58,328 bases of DNA from a virus (taxonomy: Duplodnaviria; Caudoviricetes): positions 1-58,328 of the IMG/VR virus record IMGVR_UViG_3300043414_000784, one strand, 5' to 3'. Made by a program: the position numbers and the translations under genes. Each line of letters begins with the position of its first letter. Within the stretch, counting starts at the first letter, position 1. Positions 9,339 to 18,889 of the stretch are shown here, piece after piece. Below the pieces are notes generated by a model. The model saw nothing but the letters and a program-made list of their open reading frames with translations, did no database searches and had not been told where the DNA came from.

Positions 9339-9550
9339 AATTGGCCGTCCACCGGTGTCGGTGGTATGACCTCTCCTGCGGCCGGCTGCTCTTCCTGCGG
9401 CTGGCCTTTCAGTTTCTGAAATATAGATTTAAGCAATTGCTGGTTCTGCAGAACAGGCTTAGGCGCTTCAAGGCCTAGCTCTCTTTCCACTTCCTTCGTC
9501 TTGCTCGCACGGCTTCCCAATTTCTGGGACAGGTCTTCTAGTCTAGGCAT
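9335..9550 (-). CDS. Hypothetical protein (end of late operon)
   Basis: GAGGAG RBS; converges on 8934..9338. Confidence 0.65.
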   Translation of the reverse strand: MPRLEDLSQKLGSRASKTKEVERELGLEAPKPVLQNQQLLKSIFQKLKGQPQEEQPAAGEVIPPTPVDGQF

Positions 9551-9561
9551 ACGGTCTCCTC

Positions 9562-12500
9562 TTATTCAAACGCCTCTAGCGCATCTGTAACTATGTTAAC
9601 TACTTTTGAACCAGGAATAAAGAGCTTTGCTGCATCCGTTGTAGCTTTAGCTAGTGCTTCCGGGTCTGCCTTTAGTGTAGCCGCAGCCACGCCTGCCGGG
9701 ATGGAAACAATCGGTGGAGCGACGTCTCCCTCGAAGATAGACTTCAGAGAGTTAACCGGAGCCCAGTTTTGCATCCCGCGCTTACCTGTTATGAGGAAGG
9801 CAGTCTCTGGGTCTTCTCTCCAGCCAGTCACGTTGTCTAACATTATAAGTGTAGCAAGCGGAGCCATACGTCTGTAAAGGAAGTCTGCCGTTCCTGCAGT
9901 TACGCCGTTCTTTGCAAACGTATTAACTGCATCACCAAGCTGCTCTGTAGGCCACTTAGTAAAGGAAGAGAGGATAGGACCCAAGGACCGACCAATCTCG
10001 GAAGCAGAAGCTTGATTGTAGTTATAGACGGTCTTACCAATAATGTAGTCAGTAAGTAGTTTCTCTCGGGAGGCAGTGTCCTTGGCTTTGTCGAGCAATT
10101 GACGGTATGACCTAGGGAGTGTATCGGCAAATTTAGCAGCCTCAGCTCCACCGGCCTCGTAAGCCTTAGCGACCTGCTTAGCCATGTCGACTGCCATGGT
10201 ACGGTAGATAGTCTCTGTTGCTTCAAACATGGCCATACCGAGTTTTGCATAGCCCTTGATTGTGGAGTCAGCGACCTGGCCCTTCCAAGTTTTCTTCATA
10301 GAGTTGGCAATAGACCGCTCGATATTCTCATTCCACTGGCTAGAGGCCAACCCTTCATTTTCAAGGGCAAGGCGCATCGAACGAGTATTTACCTTACTGC
10401 CTATCTCCACGCCTAGCTTCTTTGCAACAGCGGGGCTCTTTACGATGATTTCTTTTCCGAAGGTCACGTCGTTCAGCGCCCGTACTATTGCTTTGCTTGC
10501 CAAGCCTGTTCCGAAGGCATAGCCAAGCTCTGGGATGGTTTGTGTAGCTAGGGCAGAAAGGTTTGCAATAGCTTGACGAGGGGAGAAGCCAAGCGCATTG
10601 GCATACATCGAGTTGTACATAAGAGGCATTGCATCGGTGAAGGACTGGATACCAGAGTAGACTAGCTTCTGTGCGCCCTTCGCTTCGAGAGCTTTGTCTG
10701 CCAGGTTAGCTGCCATGTTTGCCTTAACCTGGGCAAGCTCTCTACCGAGTCCGCCGTCGCGTGGCATACCAGTGATGTCTGCTACTAGATTGTTAAGGTA
10801 CTTGTTAGCTCGCTTGTCTCCGATGGAACGCATAATGTTAGAAGCATTCCGAAGCTCTGCAATAGAATCCCGGAGCGTACCAGACTTGAAGGTAGACTCT
10901 AGCCAGCGTTGCGCGAGACGGCCTACATCCTGGTCTTTAATCAAGGAAGGCAACTCCTCACCTGTACGCTCGAGTGCTCTCGACGAGATGACTCGGTTGA
11001 TTCCGCCTGTCTTAGAATCATTGAGGACACCAAGGAGTTTAGCAGAATAGTTCTTTGCTTTCTGGTCGCCAGACAGGAGGTCGAGTGAACGTAGGAGGTC
11101 GGACTCCATGCCGCCCATCTTTCTGAACTCTTTGATTTGCTCTGGTGATAGGTCTTGGTTTAGCAAGTCAATGCCGTGCTTGGTTCTAAACTCTTCGGCT
11201 GCATTCTTAAGTGTAGCGTAGAGCTCCTCTTGTGGTTTCACGGCGTAGGGTACGTAGTTCTTTCGTTTCTGGATTTGTACACCGAGAGTACCTGCATCAT
11301 CGGCTGCATCCGAGAAGAACTTCCGCCAACTTTGCAAGACTGCATCCTTGGTTTCATCACCGAAGTAGCCACCTTTATCAAGCTTTTCATATAGTTGCTC
11401 GGTGGTCATATCTGTCCCACGAGTTTGCTTGATAAGGTCCGAGACTTCCTCAGCTTTTGGCCTCACATATGCATGAAACTCATTAAACTTTCTTGACATA
11501 GTATCAAGCAGGGGTTGCAGTTTAGTTCCGTGTCTGCGGTCGATAGCCTCTGCCGTATAGCGCGAGCCCATGACTACATCACCCATGCGCTTCAGAGAGG
11601 ATGCAACTTCCGGCATAGCCTTATAGTTACCTTGTCTAACCTGCGAACGTACTTCCTGGGAGACACGCATGCGGTTTAGCGCCGAGGAAACGTCTTCTGT
11701 TTTGTTTAGCATGGTACGGACTGTCTTAAGAACATCGCCTTGTCTGTAGGGAATCTTGGAACCAAAGGTTTCTAAGGCAACCTGTCTGACAGAGTTCTCA
11801 GTAAACCAACGGGTAGCTTCCTCGGCAATCTTCTCTGGAGTAGCCTGACCGACTCTGTCTAAGTTTTCTTTGATGACTTCTATCATAGCCGGTCTGGTCT
11901 TTTGGACGTGCTCGGCAATAGCAGAGACGTTCTCCGAGCCTAACTTTTGGGCTAGCTTGGCACCGTCTTTTAGGTCTTCTCCAGTGATGGAAGTATTCCT
12001 AATTACTGCATTGTTAAGGATAGTATCTACTCCCTGGAATTTCTCTGCCGCTTTAGCCGAGGCCTGCTCCACAAAGTTCGGATTCGCCTCCTGGAGTTTC
12101 TTGCTTGCTTTGGCTGCCAGTGTCCTACCAGCGCCTATGACCTCTCCTGCCAGCTTTGTTCCACCCAGCAGGGCTCCACCGAAAGCCAGTGCTGTTGTAG
12201 CGCCTGCCACTTCCTTGCCTGCTTCTGCCTGTGCCGCACCGCCTACTGCTAGCTCTGTAGCAATTGCTCCGGCTCCAAGAGCCTTGGTTGCCGCTTGGCC
12301 TAGTTGTGCAGCCTTGGCTGCCTTCTCTGCTCCGGAAACAATAGCTCCGGCAAACTTAAGTCCACCAGCAAGCTCCGCTACTCGTACTAGCCCGGAACGC
12401 TTTGCGTCTGCAACCGTCCGAAGGTCTTCCAAAGCTTTTTGCATCTTAGGGTCTGACTGGGTCTCTATAGCTAACTTCTGTGGGACGCCAAAGCCGAACA

Positions 12501-13431
12501 TGTTTGAAGCAGTACCGGCAAGCATCTTGCCAAACTCTACTGCGTCTTCGACTAGGCCTTTGCTTTTCGCTTCTGGTGTACCGAGGAACGCTGACCAGCC
12601 CTCTAGGTTTGAGACTGGTACGTTGTGCTTTCTTGCAATGGCAGTCAACTCGGATGGCAGGACTCGAATTTCTTCGGCCTTGCCAGTAATCATCCCGCGC
12701 TGCGCATCCTTAATAGCCTGCTCGTCGAGTGCTTTTCTTTCCTCTGGCGTAACCAGGGTAGCCAACTCTTTCTGAAGCACATCAAAGTCTTTCCTTGTAC
12801 GGAAAGCATCGAGTGGGTCTTTCTGTTTTACAGGCTCTGCCGGGGCTTTCATTGCGACTGGCGCTGCAGGCGCTGCCGGAGTTGCTGCTACTTTTGCTTC
12901 TCGGAATTGTGCAAGATATTCTGGAATAGTTTTGTTAACCTCCCCAGGAGCCATAACTTGCTTTCCGGTCTGCAGGTATTGCTTACTCCTGCCGTAACCT
13001 TGAAAGTGAACCAAGGCAGCAAGGTCATCTATGTCCTGGATTCCTCGTTGCTTTAGTACATTACCGTATTCTTTTTGCAGTCTTTCTGCTTGTGGCTTAA
13101 GAGTAGTATTGTAGTTATACTCAGCCCACTTTTCTTGCAAGTCCGGGTTATTCATAAAGTCTTGTGGGGTTAACTTTGGATTTTCTGCAAATTGCTTAAT
13201 CTGATTTCCCCAGATAGACCAAACATATTGATGCTTGCCTATAGCCGAAGAGGTGGGTGCTTTAGCCTTATACGGGTCTTTCTGCCCCCGTGTTTCTACA
13301 TTGGCAATGCCTTCTAATACATTTCTAGGTGTAGGAGCTGGACCAAGTTCTTGCTCAGCAGAGACGGCGAACTCAGCAAATGGGTCAGCCGACTCTACAG
13401 CAAACTCAGCAAATGGGTCTTTCTCTGCCAT
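9562..13431 (-). CDS. Large internal virion (ejection) protein with N-terminal lysozyme-like/transglycosylase domain
   Basis: DPFAEFAV x2 at the N-terminus; IANVET...SSAIGKHQY motif; large helical body; last gene of the ejection cluster. Confidence 0.75.
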   Translation of the reverse strand: MAEKDPFAEFAVESADPFAEFAVSAEQELGPAPTPRNVLEGIANVETRGQKDPYKAKAPTSSAIGKHQYVWSIWGNQIKQFAENPKLTPQDFMNNPDLQEKWAEYNYNTTLKPQAERLQKEYGNVLKQRGIQDIDDLAALVHFQGYGRSKQYLQTGKQVMAPGEVNKTIPEYLAQFREAKVAATPAAPAAPVAMKAPAEPVKQKDPLDAFRTRKDFDVLQKELATLVTPEERKALDEQAIKDAQRGMITGKAEEIRVLPSELTAIARKHNVPVSNLEGWSAFLGTPEAKSKGLVEDAVEFGKMLAGTASNMFGFGVPQKLAIETQSDPKMQKALEDLRTVADAKRSGLVRVAELAGGLKFAGAIVSGAEKAAKAAQLGQAATKALGAGAIATELAVGGAAQAEAGKEVAGATTALAFGGALLGGTKLAGEVIGAGRTLAAKASKKLQEANPNFVEQASAKAAEKFQGVDTILNNAVIRNTSITGEDLKDGAKLAQKLGSENVSAIAEHVQKTRPAMIEVIKENLDRVGQATPEKIAEEATRWFTENSVRQVALETFGSKIPYRQGDVLKTVRTMLNKTEDVSSALNRMRVSQEVRSQVRQGNYKAMPEVASSLKRMGDVVMGSRYTAEAIDRRHGTKLQPLLDTMSRKFNEFHAYVRPKAEEVSDLIKQTRGTDMTTEQLYEKLDKGGYFGDETKDAVLQSWRKFFSDAADDAGTLGVQIQKRKNYVPYAVKPQEELYATLKNAAEEFRTKHGIDLLNQDLSPEQIKEFRKMGGMESDLLRSLDLLSGDQKAKNYSAKLLGVLNDSKTGGINRVISSRALERTGEELPSLIKDQDVGRLAQRWLESTFKSGTLRDSIAELRNASNIMRSIGDKRANKYLNNLVADITGMPRDGGLGRELAQVKANMAANLADKALEAKGAQKLVYSGIQSFTDAMPLMYNSMYANALGFSPRQAIANLSALATQTIPELGYAFGTGLASKAIVRALNDVTFGKEIIVKSPAVAKKLGVEIGSKVNTRSMRLALENEGLASSQWNENIERSIANSMKKTWKGQVADSTIKGYAKLGMAMFEATETIYRTMAVDMAKQVAKAYEAGGAEAAKFADTLPRSYRQLLDKAKDTASREKLLTDYIIGKTVYNYNQASASEIGRSLGPILSSFTKWPTEQLGDAVNTFAKNGVTAGTADFLYRRMAPLATLIMLDNVTGWREDPETAFLITGKRGMQNWAPVNSLKSIFEGDVAPPIVSIPAGVAAATLKADPEALAKATTDAAKLFIPGSKVVNIVTDALEAFE

Positions 13432-13433
13432 TT

Positions 13434-14963
13434 TCAACTCCTCTTAGCGCCGCGAGCTTCAAGCTCTTGCACCTTGTTTGCTGGAACTTTCAGCTTTCTT
13501 CCGTCAGGAGCAATCATATCGACAAGACCACCCTGCGCTGCTGCCGCTGCCGGCGCTGCTTGTCCTGGCCTGTACTTTTCCAAGATACCTGATACTTGCT
13601 CTTCATCGGCAAGGTTAAATAATCCTTTACCAGTAGTCTTATTGATAAGTAAATCAATTTCTTCTTTTGGAATGCCTAGTTTAGTAGCATTGGCTACCAC
13701 TTGTTTGTTTGACATGGGGGTGCTCTTCTCTTTTAAAGAAGCCAAAGCCCCAGATAGCTCGGCAAACGCTTTGTCTTTACTCGCCGCCTCTTTCTCGGAT
13801 GCTTTTCTAGCAACTTCTGTCGCTGCCTTTTGCTCTTTAATTCCTAACGCTTCGCGCTTCAAACCCAGTTCTTGCTGGAAGCGAGCCTCACGACCTGTCT
13901 CTGCCGCTTGAGCCCTTTTTTCTGCAGCTTCAATCTTGTACTTCTGGGTGATAAGACCCATCTGTGTAGCATAGTCTTTCTGCAATCGGTCAAATTGTGA
14001 GTTCCAGTCTGTCTTTGGTCCTTGCGAAAAGTCTACTGCAAAAGGAGAGTTACGGTTCAACAAAGCATTTGCACCGATGGCAGTCACAAGTCCGCCCATC
14101 ACGGTTTCTGCTAACTTCATAAGCTCTACTCTAGCTTGTTTCTTCTCGTAGTCAGAAGTCAGTTTAGCCTCGATAGATTGTGCAGCAGCTTGTAATTGTT
14201 GCGCTTGCTCCAACAGTGCAGCCTGTTTGTCTGGTTCAGTAGCCTGTATTGCATTTTGTATAAGAGGAGCAACGTCTTCTACTTTATCCAGAGCTGCCTC
14301 TCTAATTACAGCAGGTGCATTGGCTTCTTTAGAGAAACCTGCCGAGGCAAGGACTGCCGCGCCGGCTGCTGCAGCTCCGAGTCCTGCCGCCTTTTTCGGG
14401 ACTATACTCTTGGGAGCGCCGGTAACTTCATCTATGCCCATACTTGCGTTGAACTCGTCACCGAGACTGCCACGCAAGGTTTCTTCTCTACGACCAGCAG
14501 GTCCTAGTTGAAGGGGAGCTTTCTCTTCTAGTTTCTGACCTAGGCCGCTTAGACGCGGAGAAGGAACAGGAGTCATTTGTCCTGGTTGTTCTATTGTAGC
14601 AAGAGGTCCACCAGGCTGGCCTGGCATCTGAAATCCTGTCTCACCTGGTGGGTTAATTTGTTCTTTTGCAAACGGTGGTTGCACAGACGGGGGTTTTACT
14701 CCACCCTTGGCTGCTTCCATCCCGACTTGTTCTAGCTCGGTAGGGGTTCGTCCTACAAATTTATCTACAAACTTCTGAGCACCCTCGACGCCTTCGCCGA
14801 GTTTATCAGCAACTTTTTGTAAGAATTTGCCTGAAGGCTTTTTAATAAAGGCGTTTAGCTTAGTAGCATCTACGCCTAGCTCGGCAGCAGCATCGTCTAG
14901 TTTATCTGCTGGAATGCTTTCCAAAATACCAGCAAGCTGCTTTGGTTTTAAAATGTCCGCCAT
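13434..14963 (-). CDS. Putative internal virion/ejection protein
   Basis: Ala/Gln-rich helical protein; position in the cluster. Confidence 0.6.
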   Translation of the reverse strand: MADILKPKQLAGILESIPADKLDDAAAELGVDATKLNAFIKKPSGKFLQKVADKLGEGVEGAQKFVDKFVGRTPTELEQVGMEAAKGGVKPPSVQPPFAKEQINPPGETGFQMPGQPGGPLATIEQPGQMTPVPSPRLSGLGQKLEEKAPLQLGPAGRREETLRGSLGDEFNASMGIDEVTGAPKSIVPKKAAGLGAAAAGAAVLASAGFSKEANAPAVIREAALDKVEDVAPLIQNAIQATEPDKQAALLEQAQQLQAAAQSIEAKLTSDYEKKQARVELMKLAETVMGGLVTAIGANALLNRNSPFAVDFSQGPKTDWNSQFDRLQKDYATQMGLITQKYKIEAAEKRAQAAETGREARFQQELGLKREALGIKEQKAATEVARKASEKEAASKDKAFAELSGALASLKEKSTPMSNKQVVANATKLGIPKEEIDLLINKTTGKGLFNLADEEQVSGILEKYRPGQAAPAAAAAQGGLVDMIAPDGRKLKVPANKVQELEARGAKRS

Positions 14964-15003
14964 ACCAAGTCTCCTTTAGCTAATGAGCTGCAGGAGTCTA
15001 GCA

Positions 15004-15798
15004 TTATTTTACGGTAGAAGCTATACTCCCTGCGCCTGCACCCAATGCAGCGCCTAGTTGTCCTCCGGCAGCGTAGCCACCGGGTCCGGCAATCAGGGCT
15101 CCGGCTACACCGCCAACAACAGTACCGATGCCTGACCACATAGCTGAACGATTCTGGGCCTTTGCCTTTTCTCTGGCCAGCTTGTCTTTAGCGTCTGCCA
15201 CGGCTCGGGCCATGTTTAGTTTGTGTTCTTGGTTCAGCGCAGACTGCTCGTAGGTATACGCGTTCCTTAGTTCCATCTCTATTTTCTGCTGGGCAACCTG
15301 CATAAGCCGGAGTCTACGCTCAGACATCTGGGAGATAGTTTGCTCGTAGTCCTGCATAGTCTCGACGTCCTTAGCATGCGTGACTGCATAGTCTAGTAAT
15401 TGTCGTTCGTTAAAGACTGTCTTGCCAAGCTCGTCCTGCTCGAATTGCATAGAGGCATCGAACAACTGCTGCTTTGTCGACATCCCTAGCTTAGTCAGGG
15501 TGTCTTCTGCTTTGCGCAAAGACGTATTGAGGGCGGCCCGACGTTGGTTCAAAAGCTCTCTTTGGTCAAGCTGGGACTGTGCTTGCTGTTCCCGGACCTG
15601 CCCCTCTTGGAGCTGAAGCTGGGTCTGCTGTGCCTTTTGCACTGCCTGGGCTTGCTGCTGCACAGCCTCTGCGCCAGCCAGGGCTACCTGGGCACGACTG
15701 ACTGGAGCCTGCGTACCGAGGCCCTTCATTGCAGATTGTAGTCTTGTCTTACTTGCCTCTGCAGCGCCTTGGTCAAGGCTTTGCAGGGGTGGTTGCAT
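15004..15798 (-). CDS. Putative ejection protein with glycine-zipper C-terminus (start uncertain)
   Basis: Gln-rich coiled coil; GTVVGGVAGALIAGPGG zipper. Confidence 0.6.
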   Translation of the reverse strand: MQPPLQSLDQGAAEASKTRLQSAMKGLGTQAPVSRAQVALAGAEAVQQQAQAVQKAQQTQLQLQEGQVREQQAQSQLDQRELLNQRRAALNTSLRKAEDTLTKLGMSTKQQLFDASMQFEQDELGKTVFNERQLLDYAVTHAKDVETMQDYEQTISQMSERRLRLMQVAQQKIEMELRNAYTYEQSALNQEHKLNMARAVADAKDKLAREKAKAQNRSAMWSGIGTVVGGVAGALIAGPGGYAAGGQLGAALGAGAGSIASTVK

Positions 15799-16573
15799 TG
15801 CTCGCAGTCCCACTTGGTTTCTCCTTTTTCTCTGTTGCTGCATACTCAAGAGTACCAGAGATAATAGACTTAGCTCCAGAAGCAATCTGGGCTATCTGTG
15901 TAGCCTCGGATTCTGTCGATGCTAATCTAAGGGCAGTCTCTAAGTCCATGTTAGCAAGAAGTTTATCGAAGTCTCGCTCTTCTCCGGCTAGCGCACGTTT
16001 GAAAGATATGTCAGACTGCAGCAAGTCCCGCTCATCTCTAAAGAGGGCCTCGGTCAAAGCTTCCTTAAATTGGACCGCATTGTCGAGCCTTCTTTTCCTT
16101 CCTTGGATTTCTAGCTGGTCTGTGTATTTCTTGTTCGAAAGACGCATCCCGAACAACGCCTGCTCCATCTTAGCCTTATCTTTACCTAAGTCTAGCTTAG
16201 CCCTGCCTTGCTCGAAGTCTTGTAAAATCAAGAGGCTGCGGTTCATAAGTTCCTGCGAGGCATTGACTTGCTTCTCGTCCATCTCTTCTAGGTTGAACTT
16301 TAACTGTTGGGTCTGCTCGGCCTGTTGTAGCTGAGCGCCGGCTTGCATTTGCCTGGCCTGCTCTTGCATGACTCGCTGGCCTTGCTCTGCTTCCTGCAGG
16401 GCTACTTGTTCTTGGATGACGTCTTCTTGGATTGGTCCTGCCTCACGGGCACGACCGGTGGCTGCTTGCTGTACGTTCCGCAAAGCCTGTGTCGTACCAC
16501 CAATGGATGCCAAGGCAGAGGGCTGCCCGGCCTGGGGACCTAGTGGTGCTGGGGCGTTCTTGTTAATAGCCAT
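15773..16573 (-). CDS. Putative ejection protein
   Basis: Gln-rich coiled coil; position in the cluster. Confidence 0.55.
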   Translation of the reverse strand: MAINKNAPAPLGPQAGQPSALASIGGTTQALRNVQQAATGRAREAGPIQEDVIQEQVALQEAEQGQRVMQEQARQMQAGAQLQQAEQTQQLKFNLEEMDEKQVNASQELMNRSLLILQDFEQGRAKLDLGKDKAKMEQALFGMRLSNKKYTDQLEIQGRKRRLDNAVQFKEALTEALFRDERDLLQSDISFKRALAGEERDFDKLLANMDLETALRLASTESEATQIAQIASGAKSIISGTLEYAATEKKEKPSGTASNATTPAKP

Positions 16574-16579
16574 AATGTT

Positions 16580-18889
16580 TTATCCTGTATAACTTACTAA
16601 TTTATTGCTACCAAAAGCTTTTAGAATTGTTGCTAGTTTTTGAGGAGATGACATTAAATTCTTATCTCTAAGTTCTATGTGCATATCCTTTTCAAGTCTT
16701 TGGCGAATAACTTGTTTTTGGCCTGCACTCAGACTGTCAATCAACCCGGCTGACATAATCTGTTCTGCAGCATCAAGGGCATCTCCCGGACGAGTATTCC
16801 CGTCTCCTAGGAATGCAGCGAGTTCTCCTGCAGCACGTCCTTTGATTTCTTTAACCTTGTTTTGGAAGTTGTTTAACTCTGTTTGAAGAACTTCTGGCTC
16901 CAGATTTGCCGCTAGTTTTAGCTGAAGGTCTGTCTCCAGAGTTGCAAGCTCGGAAACCAGCGGGGCTAGCTTCTGAGTTCCTTGTGTGTTTAACCAATTC
17001 TTATTCCCACGACCAGAGATAGCCTGCAATACATTCTTGATGCTTGTCTTTACTGGGGCAGTAGCACTGGCTGCATCTTTCTTCGCTCGACCTATCTGTA
17101 CGTTTTGCTTAAGCTTAGTTACAGCCTCTGGGCCTAACTCTCGATTTGCAACACTTGCTATAGTACCAAGACTTAAGTACATCTCTTGTGCTTTCAGTCT
17201 CTCGACCGGAGTTCCCGTAGTAAGTCTTTGCATCTCTGCGATGTAGTCAACAAATGTTGTCTGGGTGTAACCCTTGCCAAGCCCTTTGATAATCTCGCTT
17301 TGTTTTGCACCCAAGGTCTCTGCGGTAAAGTCTGCATCCACGACTGGCAATGCAAAGTCCAGCACTGCCTTGCCTACTGTATCCGAGCTTAACCAAGCAT
17401 CGGTTAATGCCTTAGCTTGTGTTACATCTCCGTTTGCAGCGGAGGCAATCGCTGACAGGTTGTCCGTGTTGAAGCTCTTGGCTTTGTCAGCAGGCATCGA
17501 CTCGAGGATTTTGAACTTAACACTCCGCGCTGCAGAGGGTGGCTCGTTAAGGACTGCCGCAAAAGTTGGAGCAGTCTTAGCAGCTTCTGCAGACCAGGTT
17601 GCCCAGTCTACGTCTTTAGCCTTATTCCAACCGGGGATAGTGGAATCGAGTAGCTTCGAGTAGACTGCTGCGTCGTCGCCAAACTTATCTACAAATTCCT
17701 TGTTGGTCTTTGCAAAGCCTTCCGCTCCGGCCAACAACTCGTTGCGAATCGGGACGAGTGCAGCTTTGTTTCTGGTAATCCAGTCTGCCAGGCCTTTGTC
17801 TATTCCGGATAGTTTAGTCAGTTCTTCATCACTCTCGAGTGTAGTAGCAATCACGCCTTTAAGTTTAGGGTCAGACATGAGTTCTGAGACTTTGACGGCT
17901 TGACCGCCGACAATGACAGTGTCTCCCTCGGCTACCTGCGCTTCTAGGTTATTAGCCTTCTGTTCTATGGAAGTAACACCGATAGCGCCGAGTTCTGCCA
18001 AGCGTTGCCGTGCGTAGTCTTTCTCGGTCATGCTGTACGTCGGGTCCTGCAGAACGTCACGAAGTGCGTCTACATCCTGGAAGCTACGGTTCTTCCATGC
18101 TTTTAGTTGTGCCTGGACTTCTCCAAGAGTCATCTTTCCGAAGTCTTCGTCTGACACACCGAGGATAGCTGGTACATCCGAGACATCGTTTTGTTGGTCT
18201 ACAAATTGGGATAAGGCTTCTGGCAAGTCTGACATCTTCATTTCAGAGAAGTTCTTCAGTACGGTAGCCATCTGGGTTTTGATAGTACCGACGTCTGCTT
18301 GTGTAAAGAATTTACCGAACTTGTCTGCCAGGCTAGTTGTGCTATCTGTGATAGCTCCACCAAGTTTAAGTGCATCTAGGGCTGCAGTGATGTCTGCAGG
18401 AGAGGCATCCATCTTCTTAATCTTGTCTAGGGCAGCCATAGCTTTGTCTATCGAGCCTTGGTCTGTCAGGCCCAAGGAAGACAAGTGGGCAGCCACGGCT
18501 GCTTTGTTGACAGGGTTTGGTACTGCTACGTTTGCTGTAGAACTAATCTTGGTCTGCAAAGCAGTCTGGATGCGTCCGTCCAGTGAGCCTAACCCTTCCA
18601 GGACGTTCATCTTTTCTTGGAGAGACTCGACCGTAAAGCGACCTCTTGCCCCGTTACGCTCGGATTCTTGCATCAAGTCTTTAGTTCTGAGTCTTTCTTT
18701 CAGGGTTCCCTGGACCATGCCACGGATTTGGTTTGGCGTTCCGGCCATCTTGGACACATCTTGCGATGCGCCGATGCCTTGTGCGCCCAGTGGAGTAGGC
18801 GGTGCAGCTGGCAGACCTTGCTGTCTGGCAAGTTCTTCGCCAGACATTTCTTGAAGAGTTCCAGATATTTTGGCTAGTGCGTCAGCCAT
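16580..18889 (-). CDS. Putative internal virion protein
   Basis: 769-aa helical protein directly after the nozzle gene. Confidence 0.55.
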   Translation of the reverse strand: MADALAKISGTLQEMSGEELARQQGLPAAPPTPLGAQGIGASQDVSKMAGTPNQIRGMVQGTLKERLRTKDLMQESERNGARGRFTVESLQEKMNVLEGLGSLDGRIQTALQTKISSTANVAVPNPVNKAAVAAHLSSLGLTDQGSIDKAMAALDKIKKMDASPADITAALDALKLGGAITDSTTSLADKFGKFFTQADVGTIKTQMATVLKNFSEMKMSDLPEALSQFVDQQNDVSDVPAILGVSDEDFGKMTLGEVQAQLKAWKNRSFQDVDALRDVLQDPTYSMTEKDYARQRLAELGAIGVTSIEQKANNLEAQVAEGDTVIVGGQAVKVSELMSDPKLKGVIATTLESDEELTKLSGIDKGLADWITRNKAALVPIRNELLAGAEGFAKTNKEFVDKFGDDAAVYSKLLDSTIPGWNKAKDVDWATWSAEAAKTAPTFAAVLNEPPSAARSVKFKILESMPADKAKSFNTDNLSAIASAANGDVTQAKALTDAWLSSDTVGKAVLDFALPVVDADFTAETLGAKQSEIIKGLGKGYTQTTFVDYIAEMQRLTTGTPVERLKAQEMYLSLGTIASVANRELGPEAVTKLKQNVQIGRAKKDAASATAPVKTSIKNVLQAISGRGNKNWLNTQGTQKLAPLVSELATLETDLQLKLAANLEPEVLQTELNNFQNKVKEIKGRAAGELAAFLGDGNTRPGDALDAAEQIMSAGLIDSLSAGQKQVIRQRLEKDMHIELRDKNLMSSPQKLATILKAFGSNKLVSYTG